DNA of 63,745 bases from Kiritimatiellia bacterium (lineage in GTDB: Bacteria; Verrucomicrobiota; Kiritimatiellia; RFP12; UBA1067), in contig JAFYDR010000001.1 of assembly GCA_017544725.1 (NCBI GenBank), forward strand, positions 1 to 63,745. Direction: 5' to 3'. This document shows positions 17,566-27,212 of this stretch, piece by piece. The notes under the pieces were generated by a model. The model searched no databases. It was given only the letters and a program-made list of their open reading frames with translations, and was not told the DNA's origin. The position numbers and the translations under genes were made by a program. Each line of letters opens with the position of its first letter. The stretch's first letter is position 1.

Positions 17566-20500
17566 ATGACGCATAGTATGAAGTGGTTTATGATTCTCGG
17601 TGCCTCTGCGGCATTGAGCGGTTCGATTCTGTTTGCGCAGAATGACTTGGAAGCCTTGCTGGAGGACTTGGGTGGAGATGCCAAGCCCGCCGTCCAGGCT
17701 CCTGCAAAGGCTGACGACGCGAAGAAAGCGGCGGAAGCGAAAAAGCAGGAGGAGGAGAAAGCGGCTGCCGAGAAAGCGAAAGCGGAAAAGGAAGCCGCCG
17801 AAGTGAAAGAGGCTGCCCCCGCTGCCGAGAAGAAGGCAGAGGAAAAGGTTGCCGAAGTGAAGGAAGCCGCCAAGAATGCCGAGAAGAAGGCGGAAGAGAA
17901 AGTCGCCGAGGTGAAAGAGGCTGCCAAGGATGCCGAGAAGAAGGTGGAAGAGGGCAAGAAGGCCGCCGATGCCGACGTGGATGATCTCTTGAAGGATCTG
18001 ACCGCCGAGAAGAAGGATGACGCGCCTACCGCCGAAAAGCCCGCCAAGGCGAAGCCCGAGCAGCCCGCAGTTGCGGAAGAGAAGCCTGCCGAAGCCCCTG
18101 CCGTCGAAAAGAAGGCGGAGGAAAAAGTCGCCGAGGTGAAAGAGGCTGCCAAGGATGCCGAGAAGAAGGCGGATGTGGATAACCTCCTGAACGATCTCAC
18201 GGAGAAGCCCGCTGAAAAGAAGGCGGAAGCTGAGAAGCCCGTTGAGGAAAAGCCCGCTGTTGCGGAAGAGAAGCCCGCCGAAGCTCCAGTTGCCGTCGAG
18301 GGTGACAAGCCGGAAGCCGAGAAACCGGTTGCTGTCGAAGGTGACAAAACGGAAGCGAAAGCGGATGCTCCCGCTGCCGTGGAAGGTGACAAGCCGGAGG
18401 CAGAAAAGCCGGAGGCGAAAGCAGCCGCTGATGCTCCTGTGGATGAAACGGCCGCCATCATTTCCGAACTCGAAGGCCTGGAACGCATCCGCGTGGAATC
18501 GATGGATCAGCATGGTAAGTCCTCTCTCGAAAGCGCCCGCACCGCGATGCGCAAGCGCGACTACGAAACCGCCGCCACGCAGTACCAGCAGGCGATCGAG
18601 TTCATCAGCAACCGTCCCGCCAACGCCGCGTTGATCGATGAGGCTCGCAAGGGGCTCGGTGAGGCGTACTACCGCGACGCGCTCGAGAAGAGCAAGAACA
18701 ATGACAATGAGAATGCGCGTATTCTCGCGGTCAAGGCGCAGGAAGCCGGTCATCCGCAGGCTGCCCGTCTGCTGGAGTCGTTGCAGGACAAGCCCGCTAC
18801 GGTTGTAGTCGATACCTCCAAGATCTCCCACCGCGTGAATGATGAGGACCACAAGATCCAGCGTACCGAGACGCGTCGCCGGATGCGTCGCGCCCGCCAG
18901 CTCTGCGCCACCGGTGAGTACACCAAGGCTTTGGAGCAGTGCGAGCTGATCCTTCGCGACTATCCCGACACCAAGGAAGCGATGGTTCTGCGCGACTACA
19001 TCGCTGACCGCATGAAGCAACTCTCGGACATCGAGTTCGAGGCGACCCGCAGCTACATGATCCGTGAGGTTCGCGACACCTGGAACACCAAGCGTTACGC
19101 CGTGGATAGCGCCGAGTTGCCGAAGGGGCAATTGGAAATGACAGCCAAGGACGGCAAAACAATCAGAGGCATGGGGTCGTCTGCGGAACAGATGGTTCAG
19201 GAAAAACTGGACAAGATTATCATTCCGGAAGTCAACTTCCGGCCGCCAGCCACGATTATCGATGCGGTCAACTTCTTCAACAACGCCTCTCGCGATTACG
19301 ACAATCCTGAATTGCCGATGGAGAAGCGCGGCGTCAACCTCGTGTTGAAGCTTGCCCAGGGCGGCGGTGCAGCTGCCGCACCTGCCGGTGAAGACAATGC
19401 GGATCCCTTTGCAGCTGCCGCTCCCGGTGGCGGGAACGCGGGTGGTGCGCCTGTCATTCCCGCGGTCACCGCACGTTTCATCACCCTCAAGGAAGCTCTG
19501 AAGCTCGTCTGCGATGTCTCCGGCATGAAGTTCCTCATTCGTGGACCCGTGGTCATGATCGTTCCGGTCAATGAGCCGGATACCGACCTCATCACCCGTT
19601 CCTACAACGTGCTCTCCTCTATCTCGGATCGTGTCAGTGCCGCGCAGAGCGAGATAGCAAGCAGCAAGAAGGGCGGAGACAACACCTTCCTGCAACAGGA
19701 CGATATGAGTCAGAAACAGGACTGGAAGGCGTTCTTCGGTGAACTGGGCGTCCAGTGGCCGGAAGGTTCCTCCATCGCCTACGTTTCCACCATCGGCAAG
19801 CTGCGCGTGAAGAACACCGCCGAGAACCTCGCCGTCTTCGAGCAGGTCTTGGAAGACTTGAACATCACGCCGCGCTTGATCGAGATTGAGGCGCGCTTCG
19901 TCGAGGTCTCCCAGGAGGATCTCAACTCCCTCGGTTTCGAATGGCTCCTCAACGGCGACTTCTCCTTTGGCGTACCCGGATTCCTCGGCAAGAACTTCCG
20001 CAAGTACACGACCTCCGGAACGACCATTGCAACGGACTCTGCGGGCGCCCCGATTCAGGTGTACGACGCGGACGGGAACCTGACCTATGTGAAAACGACG
20101 CGGTATGCCCCGTACACCAGTCCCGGTCGCTTGACGGAAACCCTCCTGAATCCGGAGTACGACGATGCGAAGAACCTTGTCGCGGGTACCTACTACCGCA
20201 ACGATGGACTCGTTACGCCGGTGACCCAAAACAATCTGGCGGGTACAATCAATCCGCTCATTCCCCAGTATGGAAATGTCTATAGATCTGGTCACAAAGC
20301 CAGCATTTCCGCGATTGACGGACAGAGCTACAGTACGGGACAGCGCTTCCTCAGCCAGGAAGGTAACCACATCTCCGGTGAAGGGGGCAGCAAGAACGAC
20401 CAGTTCATGAAGATCAACGCGATCTTTGGCAATGCCGACCTCTCGATGATCCTCCACATGTTGAGCCAGCGTTCCGACACCGACCTCTTGAACGCCCCGC

Positions 20501-21255
20501 GTGTGGTTACCAAGAACGGTCAGGAAGCCGTCATGAAGGTTGTCACCGAGTACATCTACCCGACGGAATACGATGTCGAGATTTCGCAGAACGGCTCTTC
20601 ATCCAGCACCTCCGGAAACTCCGCCGATCCGATCGCCACGGTCGAGCCGCAGAACTTCGAGATGCGCGAAGTCGGCACGATTCTCCAGGTCGTCCCGGAA
20701 GTCTCCCCTGAAGGCCAGATGATCAACCTCATGCTGAACCCGCAGGTCGTCTCCGAGCCGACGTGGAAGAACTACGGTACCCAGTTGCCGAAGACGGTCT
20801 ATCGTCCCGCCACGGCAGCCGAACTCGCCATGAACCCGCTCCTCGCGACCCAGAACGGCGGTATGATCGCCGAGACGGGGTACATCCAGCTGCCGATGGA
20901 GCAGCCCTTCTTCTCCGTGCGTTCGGTCAGCACACAGCTCTCCGTCTATAACGGCGCGACGGTCGTGATCGGCGGTCTCATCACCGAAGAGCGCAAGACG
21001 ATGGAAGACAAGATTCCGTTGTTGGGCGATATTCCCTACCTCGGACGTCTCTTCCGTAGCAAGTCGGAATACTCCAATAAGCGCAATCTCTTGATCTTCA
21101 TCACGGCGCGTCTGGTTGATCCCGCCGGCAAGTTGATCCGCCAGAGCGAGGGCGATTCCCTCCTGAAGGGCGGCGAAGAAAGTGGTACGCCTCCGGCTGA
21201 GGGCGGTGCAGCTCCTCAGGCTCCTGCGGCAGAACCTGCTGCTACGGTTGAGTAA
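17566..21255 (+). CDS. Giant secretin (PilQ/GspD family) with a long A/E/K-rich N-terminal extension
   Basis: C-terminal secretin signature VVIGGLITEERKTMEDKIPLLGDIPYLGRLFRSKSEYSNKRNLLIFITARLV (about 20960-21120). Signal MKWFMILGASAALSGSILFAQ. The ATG at 17566 lies 8 nt after aaagaggag; alternatives are 17545 and 17578, and the track start at 17533 is GTG. Confidence 0.9.
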   Translation: MTHSMKWFMILGASAALSGSILFAQNDLEALLEDLGGDAKPAVQAPAKADDAKKAAEAKKQEEEKAAAEKAKAEKEAAEVKEAAPAAEKKAEEKVAEVKEAAKNAEKKAEEKVAEVKEAAKDAEKKVEEGKKAADADVDDLLKDLTAEKKDDAPTAEKPAKAKPEQPAVAEEKPAEAPAVEKKAEEKVAEVKEAAKDAEKKADVDNLLNDLTEKPAEKKAEAEKPVEEKPAVAEEKPAEAPVAVEGDKPEAEKPVAVEGDKTEAKADAPAAVEGDKPEAEKPEAKAAADAPVDETAAIISELEGLERIRVESMDQHGKSSLESARTAMRKRDYETAATQYQQAIEFISNRPANAALIDEARKGLGEAYYRDALEKSKNNDNENARILAVKAQEAGHPQAARLLESLQDKPATVVVDTSKISHRVNDEDHKIQRTETRRRMRRARQLCATGEYTKALEQCELILRDYPDTKEAMVLRDYIADRMKQLSDIEFEATRSYMIREVRDTWNTKRYAVDSAELPKGQLEMTAKDGKTIRGMGSSAEQMVQEKLDKIIIPEVNFRPPATIIDAVNFFNNASRDYDNPELPMEKRGVNLVLKLAQGGGAAAAPAGEDNADPFAAAAPGGGNAGGAPVIPAVTARFITLKEALKLVCDVSGMKFLIRGPVVMIVPVNEPDTDLITRSYNVLSSISDRVSAAQSEIASSKKGGDNTFLQQDDMSQKQDWKAFFGELGVQWPEGSSIAYVSTIGKLRVKNTAENLAVFEQVLEDLNITPRLIEIEARFVEVSQEDLNSLGFEWLLNGDFSFGVPGFLGKNFRKYTTSGTTIATDSAGAPIQVYDADGNLTYVKTTRYAPYTSPGRLTETLLNPEYDDAKNLVAGTYYRNDGLVTPVTQNNLAGTINPLIPQYGNVYRSGHKASISAIDGQSYSTGQRFLSQEGNHISGEGGSKNDQFMKINAIFGNADLSMILHMLSQRSDTDLLNAPRVVTKNGQEAVMKVVTEYIYPTEYDVEISQNGSSSSTSGNSADPIATVEPQNFEMREVGTILQVVPEVSPEGQMINLMLNPQVVSEPTWKNYGTQLPKTVYRPATAAELAMNPLLATQNGGMIAETGYIQLPMEQPFFSVRSVSTQLSVYNGATVVIGGLITEERKTMEDKIPLLGDIPYLGRLFRSKSEYSNKRNLLIFITARLVDPAGKLIRQSEGDSLLKGGEESGTPPAEGGAAPQAPAAEPAATVE
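17827..18165 (+). repeat. In-frame 54-nt tandem and dispersed coding repeats (EKKAEEKVAEVKEAAKDA units)
   Basis: Units at 17827-17880 and 17881-17934, a partial third unit, and another copy at about 18106-18159. A second series, AVEGDKPEAEKP, follows up to about 18420. Confidence 0.8.
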
Positions 21256-21266
21256 GCGAGATTTCT

Positions 21267-21295
21267 ACCTGTCGCGGGCATTGTCCGCGACAGGT
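21267..21295 (+). terminator. Stem-loop after the secretin gene
   Basis: acctgtcgcgg (21267-21277), loop gcattgt, ccgcgacaggt (21285-21295). The 11-bp stem begins 12 nt after the stop. The following T tract (ttctgtactctc) is weak. Confidence 0.45.
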
Positions 21296-21311
21296 TCTGT
21301 ACTCTCTCCGT

Positions 21312-21917
21312 ATGCGTCGAATTGCATTGACCGGTGGCATTGCGTGTGGCAAATCCCTATTTTGTGAAGGACTGAAAGAAGAGGGGATTGCCGTATTGGA
21401 TGCCGATGACGTCACGCATCGGTTAGAGGCATGCGGCGGTGCGGCGGTGGAACCCCTGGTCAGGATTTTCGGGAACGAGATTTTGGCGGAAGACGGTTCG
21501 ATTGATCGCAAACGGTTAGGCAAGAAGGTATTTGCCTCGAAAGAGGCGCGCGCGGCGGTGAATGCCGTTCTCCATCCGCTGGTGAAGGCGGAAATCGCGC
21601 GGTGGGTGTCAGAGGAGACACCCGGAGAAAACAGAATCCGCGTGGCGGTGATTCCGCTACTTTTTGAATGCGGATGGGAAGACGATTGGGATACGATACT
21701 CTGCCTCACATCCAGTGAGGAGAACCAAGTGAAGCGGCTGATGCAGACGCGTGGGCATTCCGAGACGGAAGCGCGTCAGCGTATTGCTTCGCAAATGCCC
21801 GTGGCGGAAAAGGCCGTCCGTTCGCAGCTCGTGATTCACAACGATGCCGACAAGGATTCGTTGCGTGAAGCCGCGAAACGTACGGCAGACGCACTTCGTG
21901 CCGGCAGCTTTGCATAG
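21312..21917 (+). CDS. coaE: Dephospho-CoA kinase
   Basis: MRRIALTGGIACGKS P-loop at the N-terminus; about 200 aa; LDADDV motif. Confidence 0.88.
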   Translation: MRRIALTGGIACGKSLFCEGLKEEGIAVLDADDVTHRLEACGGAAVEPLVRIFGNEILAEDGSIDRKRLGKKVFASKEARAAVNAVLHPLVKAEIARWVSEETPGENRIRVAVIPLLFECGWEDDWDTILCLTSSEENQVKRLMQTRGHSETEARQRIASQMPVAEKAVRSQLVIHNDADKDSLREAAKRTADALRAGSFA

Positions 21918-22009
21918 CTGCCGGAAGACGAATCCTCTGATGAACCGGTCTGATGCCCGGAACCCGGCGTTGCAGAGGCGAAGAGCCGCAGAGCTTGGGA
22001 CCACCTTGG

Positions 22010-22155
22010 CGGTTCGGGGTTCTGACCCCTGCCGCGGGGGTTCGGGGTTCTGACCCCTGCCGCGGGGGTTCGGGGGTTTTGACCCCTGCCGCGGGGGTTC
22101 GGGGGTTCTGACCCCTGCCGCGGGGGTTCGGGGGTTTTGACCCCCGTCCCTTGCA
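22010..22155. repeat. Tandem array (about 4.5 copies) of a 30-31-bp GC-rich unit, family C
   Basis: The unit ggttcggggg-tt(c/t)tgacccctgccgcggg repeats head to tail with no spacers. The last copy ends in the family terminus gacccccgtcccttgca. Confidence 0.85.
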
Positions 22156-22179
22156 CTATTTAAACCAGGACGACACTCC

Positions 22180-24525
22180 ATGACTACAGAAAATGAAGGA
22201 CAACAGCAGACAGAGATGCCTGCCGCTACACCATCACCTGCGGGGACGCAGCAAGAGCGCACGACAGACGCGCCGCGTCCGCGTGGACGTAAACCGAACA
22301 AACAACGCAACGACACGCGTGGCATGAGTTTCTCTCACCCGGTGGCGCACGCGAAGCCTCGTCGGGAACAGAAAGAGGCAGACCCAATGAAACCGCAGCA
22401 GCAGTTGCCGCTTTCCACCAAACCGGGACAGCCGCATTCTTCGCGCGGCGGGAAAGGCCGGAATCAGCACGGAAAATCACAGTTCCGGAACGCGCGTGGG
22501 AAAAAACGCGAAATCAAGGGATTGCCCGAAGACCTCGGAGCGGGTGACAATGCACCGATCGAGACGAGCGGCATCATTCCCGAAAATGTCGATGTTGCCG
22601 TTGAGAATATCGCTGCCGATCTCGGTCACACTGACACGGTGAAGCGGGAACCCCCCGCCGAGACGCCTGTTGCGGGGACACCAGAACCCGTTGCCGAGGT
22701 GGTTCAGCCGGCCAGTGAGCCCAAACCTGCTGAGACAGTTCAACCTGCCGCCGCGCCCCAACCTACCGCCGTTCCCCCTGCAGCCACGCAAGGGAAAAAG
22801 GGGAAAAAACAGGCGAAGCGCGAAGCTCGCGCGCCAGAAGCACCGACTCCCGCATCAGCAGTTGCCGAAGAGGCAAAGCCAGCGGTTCCTCAGCCGAAAC
22901 CACAGCCAAAAGCCGAGGCTACGGAAGCGCATCCCCAGCCGCCACAGCCCGCTCCTGCGCCTCAGCCAGCCAGCGCACCCCAGCCTGCCGCTACGGTTCA
23001 ACCAGCTCCTGCGCCTCAGCCAGTAGCCACGCCCCAACCAGCCAGCGCGCCGCCCCAACCTGCCGCCACAGTTCAACCTGCCAGCGCGTCCCTTGCGGGC
23101 ACGCTGGAGAAAAAACCGCAACCCCAACCCCAGCAACAGCAGCAGCGCAAGGTGCCGCAGGGTGGCGTTCCCGCTTCCGAGGCTCCGCAGAATCCCAAGC
23201 AGTGGGCGCGTGGTCCGCAGGGGAATCCGATCGTCGAGGTCTATCGTCCACCCGTGCCGCAGAACCTCCCGGAAATTTTCCTGAAGGATTTGCAGAGCAA
23301 GACGGTGGTGGAGTTGCTGGCGTACCTGCCGAACCTTTCGGCGGAAGAGGCGAGCAACATCCAAAAGCATCAGATCATCGTGCAGATTATCCGCAACTAT
23401 CTACGGCAGGGTGGCATGGTGATCACCAGTGGCGTGTTGGAGATCATGCCGGACGGCTACGGTTTTCTGCGTTCGCCCAAGAGCAACTATCTGCAGTGTC
23501 CGGAGGACGTTTTCGTCTCACCCTCACAGGTGCGCCGCTTCGCGTTGCGTACGGGTGATCTCGTGCAGGGAATTGTGCGCGAGCCGCGTGACAAGGAACG
23601 GTTCTTCGCATTGGCACGAGTCGATACGGTGAATGGAAAGCCGGCCGCCGAGGCGAGGCGTACCACGCACTTCGAGGATCTCACTCCGCTTTTCCCGACG
23701 CGCCGTATCCGCCTAGAGAGCAAGCCTGAAGAGCTTTCCATGCGCATCATGGACATCTTCACGCCGGTTGGTTTCGGTCAGCGCGGTTTGATTGTTGCGC
23801 CGCCGCGCACAGGCAAGACCATTCTGATGCAGAAGATGGCGAATGCCATCTCCGAAAATCATCCCGATGCGGTGCTGATCATTCTCTTGATTGACGAACG
23901 TCCCGAAGAAGTGACCGATATGCAGCGCAACACCAAGGCGCAGGTAATATCCTCCACCTTCGACGAAGCACCAGAACGCCACATCCAAGTGGCGGAGATG
24001 GTGATCGAGATGGCGAAACGTCAGGTGGAGAACGGGAAGGACGTGGTGATCCTGCTGGACAGTATCACGCGTCTCGCCCGTGCCTACAACACCGTACAGC
24101 CGCACAGTGGACGTGTTCTCACAGGCGGTGTCGATGCCAACGCCCTGCACAAACCGAAGCGTTTCTTCGGTGCCGCGCGAAACATCGAAAACGGCGGTAG
24201 CCTCACCATCATCTCCACTGCGCTGATCGAAACGGGAAGCCGCATGGACGAGGTGATCTTCGAGGAGTTCAAGGGAACGGGCAACATGGAGCTGAATCTC
24301 GACCGCGAGATCTCCGACAAGCGCATCTATCCGGCGATCAACATCGAGAAGTCCGGTACGCGCAAAGAGGAGCTGCTGCTCTATCCCGAAGAGCTGAACC
24401 GCACGTGGATGTTGCGTCGTGCGTTGACGGGCGTACCCAGTGTCGATGCGATCGAGATGGTCTTACGTCGCATCAAGCCCACCAAGAGCAACGCCGAGTT
24501 CCTGCTCGGAATCAAGGAGGGGTAA
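22180..24525 (+). CDS. rho: Transcription termination factor Rho with an N-terminal P/A/Q-rich extension of about 360 aa
   Basis: Canonical Rho begins near codon 365 ([19 protein letters not shown], nt 23272). RNA-binding region GYGFLRS. Walker [10 protein letters not shown]-terminal [28 protein letters not shown]. Confidence 0.92.
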   Translation: MTTENEGQQQTEMPAATPSPAGTQQERTTDAPRPRGRKPNKQRNDTRGMSFSHPVAHAKPRREQKEADPMKPQQQLPLSTKPGQPHSSRGGKGRNQHGKSQFRNARGKKREIKGLPEDLGAGDNAPIETSGIIPENVDVAVENIAADLGHTDTVKREPPAETPVAGTPEPVAEVVQPASEPKPAETVQPAAAPQPTAVPPAATQGKKGKKQAKREARAPEAPTPASAVAEEAKPAVPQPKPQPKAEATEAHPQPPQPAPAPQPASAPQPAATVQPAPAPQPVATPQPASAPPQPAATVQPASASLAGTLEKKPQPQPQQQQQRKVPQGGVPASEAPQNPKQWARGPQGNPIVEVYRPPVPQNLPEIFLKDLQSKTVVELLAYLPNLSAEEASNIQKHQIIVQIIRNYLRQGGMVITSGVLEIMPDGYGFLRSPKSNYLQCPEDVFVSPSQVRRFALRTGDLVQGIVREPRDKERFFALARVDTVNGKPAAEARRTTHFEDLTPLFPTRRIRLESKPEELSMRIMDIFTPVGFGQRGLIVAPPRTGKTILMQKMANAISENHPDAVLIILLIDERPEEVTDMQRNTKAQVISSTFDEAPERHIQVAEMVIEMAKRQVENGKDVVILLDSITRLARAYNTVQPHSGRVLTGGVDANALHKPKRFFGAARNIENGGSLTIISTALIETGSRMDEVIFEEFKGTGNMELNLDREISDKRIYPAINIEKSGTRKEELLLYPEELNRTWMLRRALTGVPSVDAIEMVLRRIKPTKSNAEFLLGIKEG

Positions 24526-24637
24526 GCCACCAGGAAAATGCCCGGAGCGGCTGAAAAGCGGGGAAGCTAAAAAGCAGGATCAGCTTACCCCGCTTAGCCG
24601 GGGCACTTGGGAGGAGCACGCTAGGGACTTCTGGATT

Positions 24638-24675
24638 CCACGGGGGTTCGGGGGGCTTCCCCCCGTCCCATTGCA
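24638..24675. repeat. Single family-C repeat downstream of rho
   Basis: ccacgggggttcggggggcttccccccgtcccattgca. It contains acggggg / cccccgt and gggggg-ctt-cccccc pairings. Confidence 0.7.
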
Positions 24676-24694
24676 AGAAAAGGAGAAAGCCACA

Positions 24695-26677
24695 ATGATC
24701 AAAACACCAACAGTACTGGCGGCAGCCGTATTCGCCGCTTTCACCGTATGCTACACTGCGTATGCGGACGCGCTGACCGACGCCTTGCGCCAGCCGATGC
24801 TGCCGTCCGGGCAGAACACGGCATACACGACGATCTTCAATGAACTGGAGGAGCTGGATTCCAAAGCCGATGACGCCTGGCGGCAGCTCACCACGTTGGA
24901 AGCGTTCCGTGCGCATCAGGCGCATCTGCGCGAACGCATGACAGCGGCGGTTGGCGGCTTCCCGCAACGGACGCCGCTGAATCCGAAGGTCGTTGCGACC
25001 ATCCCGCGCGAGGGGTACCGCATCGAGAAGATTCTGATGGAGAGTCAGCCGGGACATTACCTGACAGGACTGCTCTACTTGCCGGACGCGGAGAAGTTCA
25101 AGCCTCCGTATTCCGCTGTGATAGTTACCTGCGGTCACAGCGACAATGGCAAGGGGTCTGGTACCTACCAGCGCATCTGTGTGCAGGCCGCGCAGCGCGG
25201 CCTTGCGACCTTCATCTATGATCCCGTCGAGCAGGGCGAACGGATGCAGCCGCCGGGCTATGCGAACTGCAAGGGACACAATGCGATTGGCGTTCTTTCT
25301 TCGCTTCTCGGTTGGAGCATGGCTCGTTTCCGCATCTGGGATGGCATGCGTTGTCTGGACTACCTCGCCTCGCGTCCCGACATCCGTGGCGGCAAGCTCG
25401 GTGTGATGGGCAACAGCGGTGGCGGCACGATGACTTCGCTGATCATGGCGATGGATGACCGCGTACAGGCCGCCGCGCCTTCCTGTTACCTCACCTCCTT
25501 GCGCGAGGTCTGTCGCTGGATGGGACCGCAGGATGCGGAACAGAACATCTTCGGGCAACTCGCTTTCGGCTTGAATCACGCGGGCTACATCCTGCTTCGC
25601 GCGCCTTCGCCGGTGAGCGTCACCTGTACCTACAACGACATGTTCCCGAACTACGGGACGCGCGAGACCTATCGCGTTGTCCGCCGTGTTGCCGACCGAT
25701 TCGGTTGGAGCGAGCGCTTTACGCTGGCGGACGTACCGGGGCCGCACGGTTGGCGCGAGAGTACGCGCGCCGCCTCCGTACAGTGGATGGCGCACTGGCT
25801 TGCGGACAGCAAGGACGGTTTCCCGCTGGACATGGCGGCGAATCGCCGTTTGGACCTCACCTTTTCCGAGAAGAGTGCTGATTGCGGTCTTCCGAAACCC
25901 GACTACAACGTAACTCCGAACGGCAAGGTGAGTGAGCTGTCCGGGTTCCGTTCCTGCTACGATTTGCTGGCGGATGAACTGGACCGTGTGGAAAAAACAC
26001 GGAACGGCAAGACGCTGGATGCGGCGGGACTGGTTGCCGCCGCGCGTCGGTTGGCGCGCATTCGTCCGTTGGCCGAATGCGGCGCGGTTGCCGTCGAGAT
26101 CGCATCGAACGAGATGACGAATGGTGTGAAGGTGTCTCGCCTTGCCTTCGCCTATCCCTCCGGCATGGCGATTCCTGCCGTACTCTGCGAACCCGCTCAG
26201 GTGAAACAGGCGCCCGTGCTGATTGTCAACGACACCGCACGTCTCGATGCGCAGGAACGCGTGCGGAAGTTGCTGGGCGAGGGACATCCCGTGATGGTGG
26301 CGGACATTCATGGCGTGGGTGAGAATACCGGTTTTCGCCATGCGTTCTATACCGCGTCGAACAAGGATGAAGGAATCGCCGCGATGCTCTACCTCATGGG
26401 TAAGTCACTCGTCGGCGTCAAGGCGGAGGACATCGCAGTCTGTGCAGACGCCCTCAACAAACGTTACCAGAAACCGGTGGTGCTGGAGGTCAGCGGCAAC
26501 TCTGTCGTGCCCGGTGCCCATGCGTATGCCGTTGAGCGCGGACTTTTCGCGGGTATCCAGACGGAAAACGCGCCTTTGGGCTGGGCCGCCGCGATTCGAG
26601 GTCGCGCGATTTACCGTTACGCCAACGCCGTCAACGGTGCGTTGCGCGAGTACGACTGGCCGGAGCTTTTGAAGTAG
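24695..26677 (+). CDS. Secreted alpha/beta-hydrolase (acetyl-xylan-esterase / peptidase S9-like)
   Basis: The ATG at 24695 follows aaggag. Signal MIKTPTVLAAAVFAAFTVCYTAYA. Nucleophile elbow GVMGNSGGG. The track start at 24440 would overlap rho and the repeat. Confidence 0.8.
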   Translation: MIKTPTVLAAAVFAAFTVCYTAYADALTDALRQPMLPSGQNTAYTTIFNELEELDSKADDAWRQLTTLEAFRAHQAHLRERMTAAVGGFPQRTPLNPKVVATIPREGYRIEKILMESQPGHYLTGLLYLPDAEKFKPPYSAVIVTCGHSDNGKGSGTYQRICVQAAQRGLATFIYDPVEQGERMQPPGYANCKGHNAIGVLSSLLGWSMARFRIWDGMRCLDYLASRPDIRGGKLGVMGNSGGGTMTSLIMAMDDRVQAAAPSCYLTSLREVCRWMGPQDAEQNIFGQLAFGLNHAGYILLRAPSPVSVTCTYNDMFPNYGTRETYRVVRRVADRFGWSERFTLADVPGPHGWRESTRAASVQWMAHWLADSKDGFPLDMAANRRLDLTFSEKSADCGLPKPDYNVTPNGKVSELSGFRSCYDLLADELDRVEKTRNGKTLDAAGLVAAARRLARIRPLAECGAVAVEIASNEMTNGVKVSRLAFAYPSGMAIPAVLCEPAQVKQAPVLIVNDTARLDAQERVRKLLGEGHPVMVADIHGVGENTGFRHAFYTASNKDEGIAAMLYLMGKSLVGVKAEDIAVCADALNKRYQKPVVLEVSGNSVVPGAHAYAVERGLFAGIQTENAPLGWAAAIRGRAIYRYANAVNGALREYDWPELLK

Positions 26678-26710
26678 GAAAGGACGGGAGGCATTCCTTC
26701 CGAACTCACG

Positions 26711-27070
26711 ATGTTGTGTACTGTATTGAAAGCCAAGCTGCATCACCTGCGCGTGACGCAAGCGGATCGGGACTACGAGGGAAGCCTGACGATCGATGAA
26801 GATCTGATGGACGCCGTTGGAATCGTCAACTATGAGAAGATTCTGGTAGCGGACTTGGAAAACGGAAATCGTCTGGAGACCTACGCGATCCGTGGTCCGC
26901 GTGGCAGCGGCGTCGCTTGTTTAAACGGCGCCGCCGCCTTCATGGGGAATCTCGGCGACCGTCTCATCATCATGGCGTGGTGCCAAAAGGACGAGAGCGA
27001 AATCCCATTCCACCATCCCAAGATCGTCCGTCTCGACGAAAAGAACCGCATCGTCGCCTCCGCCGTGTAG
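26711..27070 (+). CDS. panD: Aspartate 1-decarboxylase
   Basis: MLCTVLKAKLHHLRVTQADRDYEGSLTID (Gly-Ser self-processing site) and ETYAIRGPRGSGVACLNGAAA. Confidence 0.95.
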   Translation: MLCTVLKAKLHHLRVTQADRDYEGSLTIDEDLMDAVGIVNYEKILVADLENGNRLETYAIRGPRGSGVACLNGAAAFMGNLGDRLIIMAWCQKDESEIPFHHPKIVRLDEKNRIVASAV

Positions 27071-27136
27071 CGCGGCGCGCGGCGGAGAGCGTGGTGGGAT
27101 GGTTGCGCGACGCGCAACCTGCAAAACCCTGAGGGT

Positions 27137-27212
27137 GCCATGGGAGTTCGGGATGCCACGGGGGTTCGGGATGCCACGGGGGTTCGGGGGTATAGACCCC
27201 CGTTCCTTTGCC
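27137..27212. repeat. Family-C repeat, 2.5 tandem units
   Basis: gccatgggagttcgggat / gccacgggggttcgggat / gccacgggggttcgggggtatagacccccgttcctttgcc. Lies between the convergent panD and GH78-like genes. Confidence 0.75.

Noticed and set aside
17443-20457. 1004-aa ORF on the minus strand, plus the 326-aa ORF at 17508-18488
   Set aside because: Both lie entirely antisense to the secretin gene, which has unmistakable family motifs. Their translations are low-complexity (G/L/R/F runs mirroring the A/E/K repeats) with no start context. They are classic GC-rich shadow ORFs.
22010-22155. Possible CRISPR array
   Set aside because: The repeats are directly contiguous with no unique spacers. The units are about 30 bp and imperfect. 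There are no cas genes in the window. Related single copies are scattered after other genes.
24512-26341. 609-aa minus-strand ORF
   Set aside because: It is antisense to the alpha/beta-hydrolase gene (GNSGGG nucleophile, signal peptide, good RBS). The translation is arginine-rich and motif-free.
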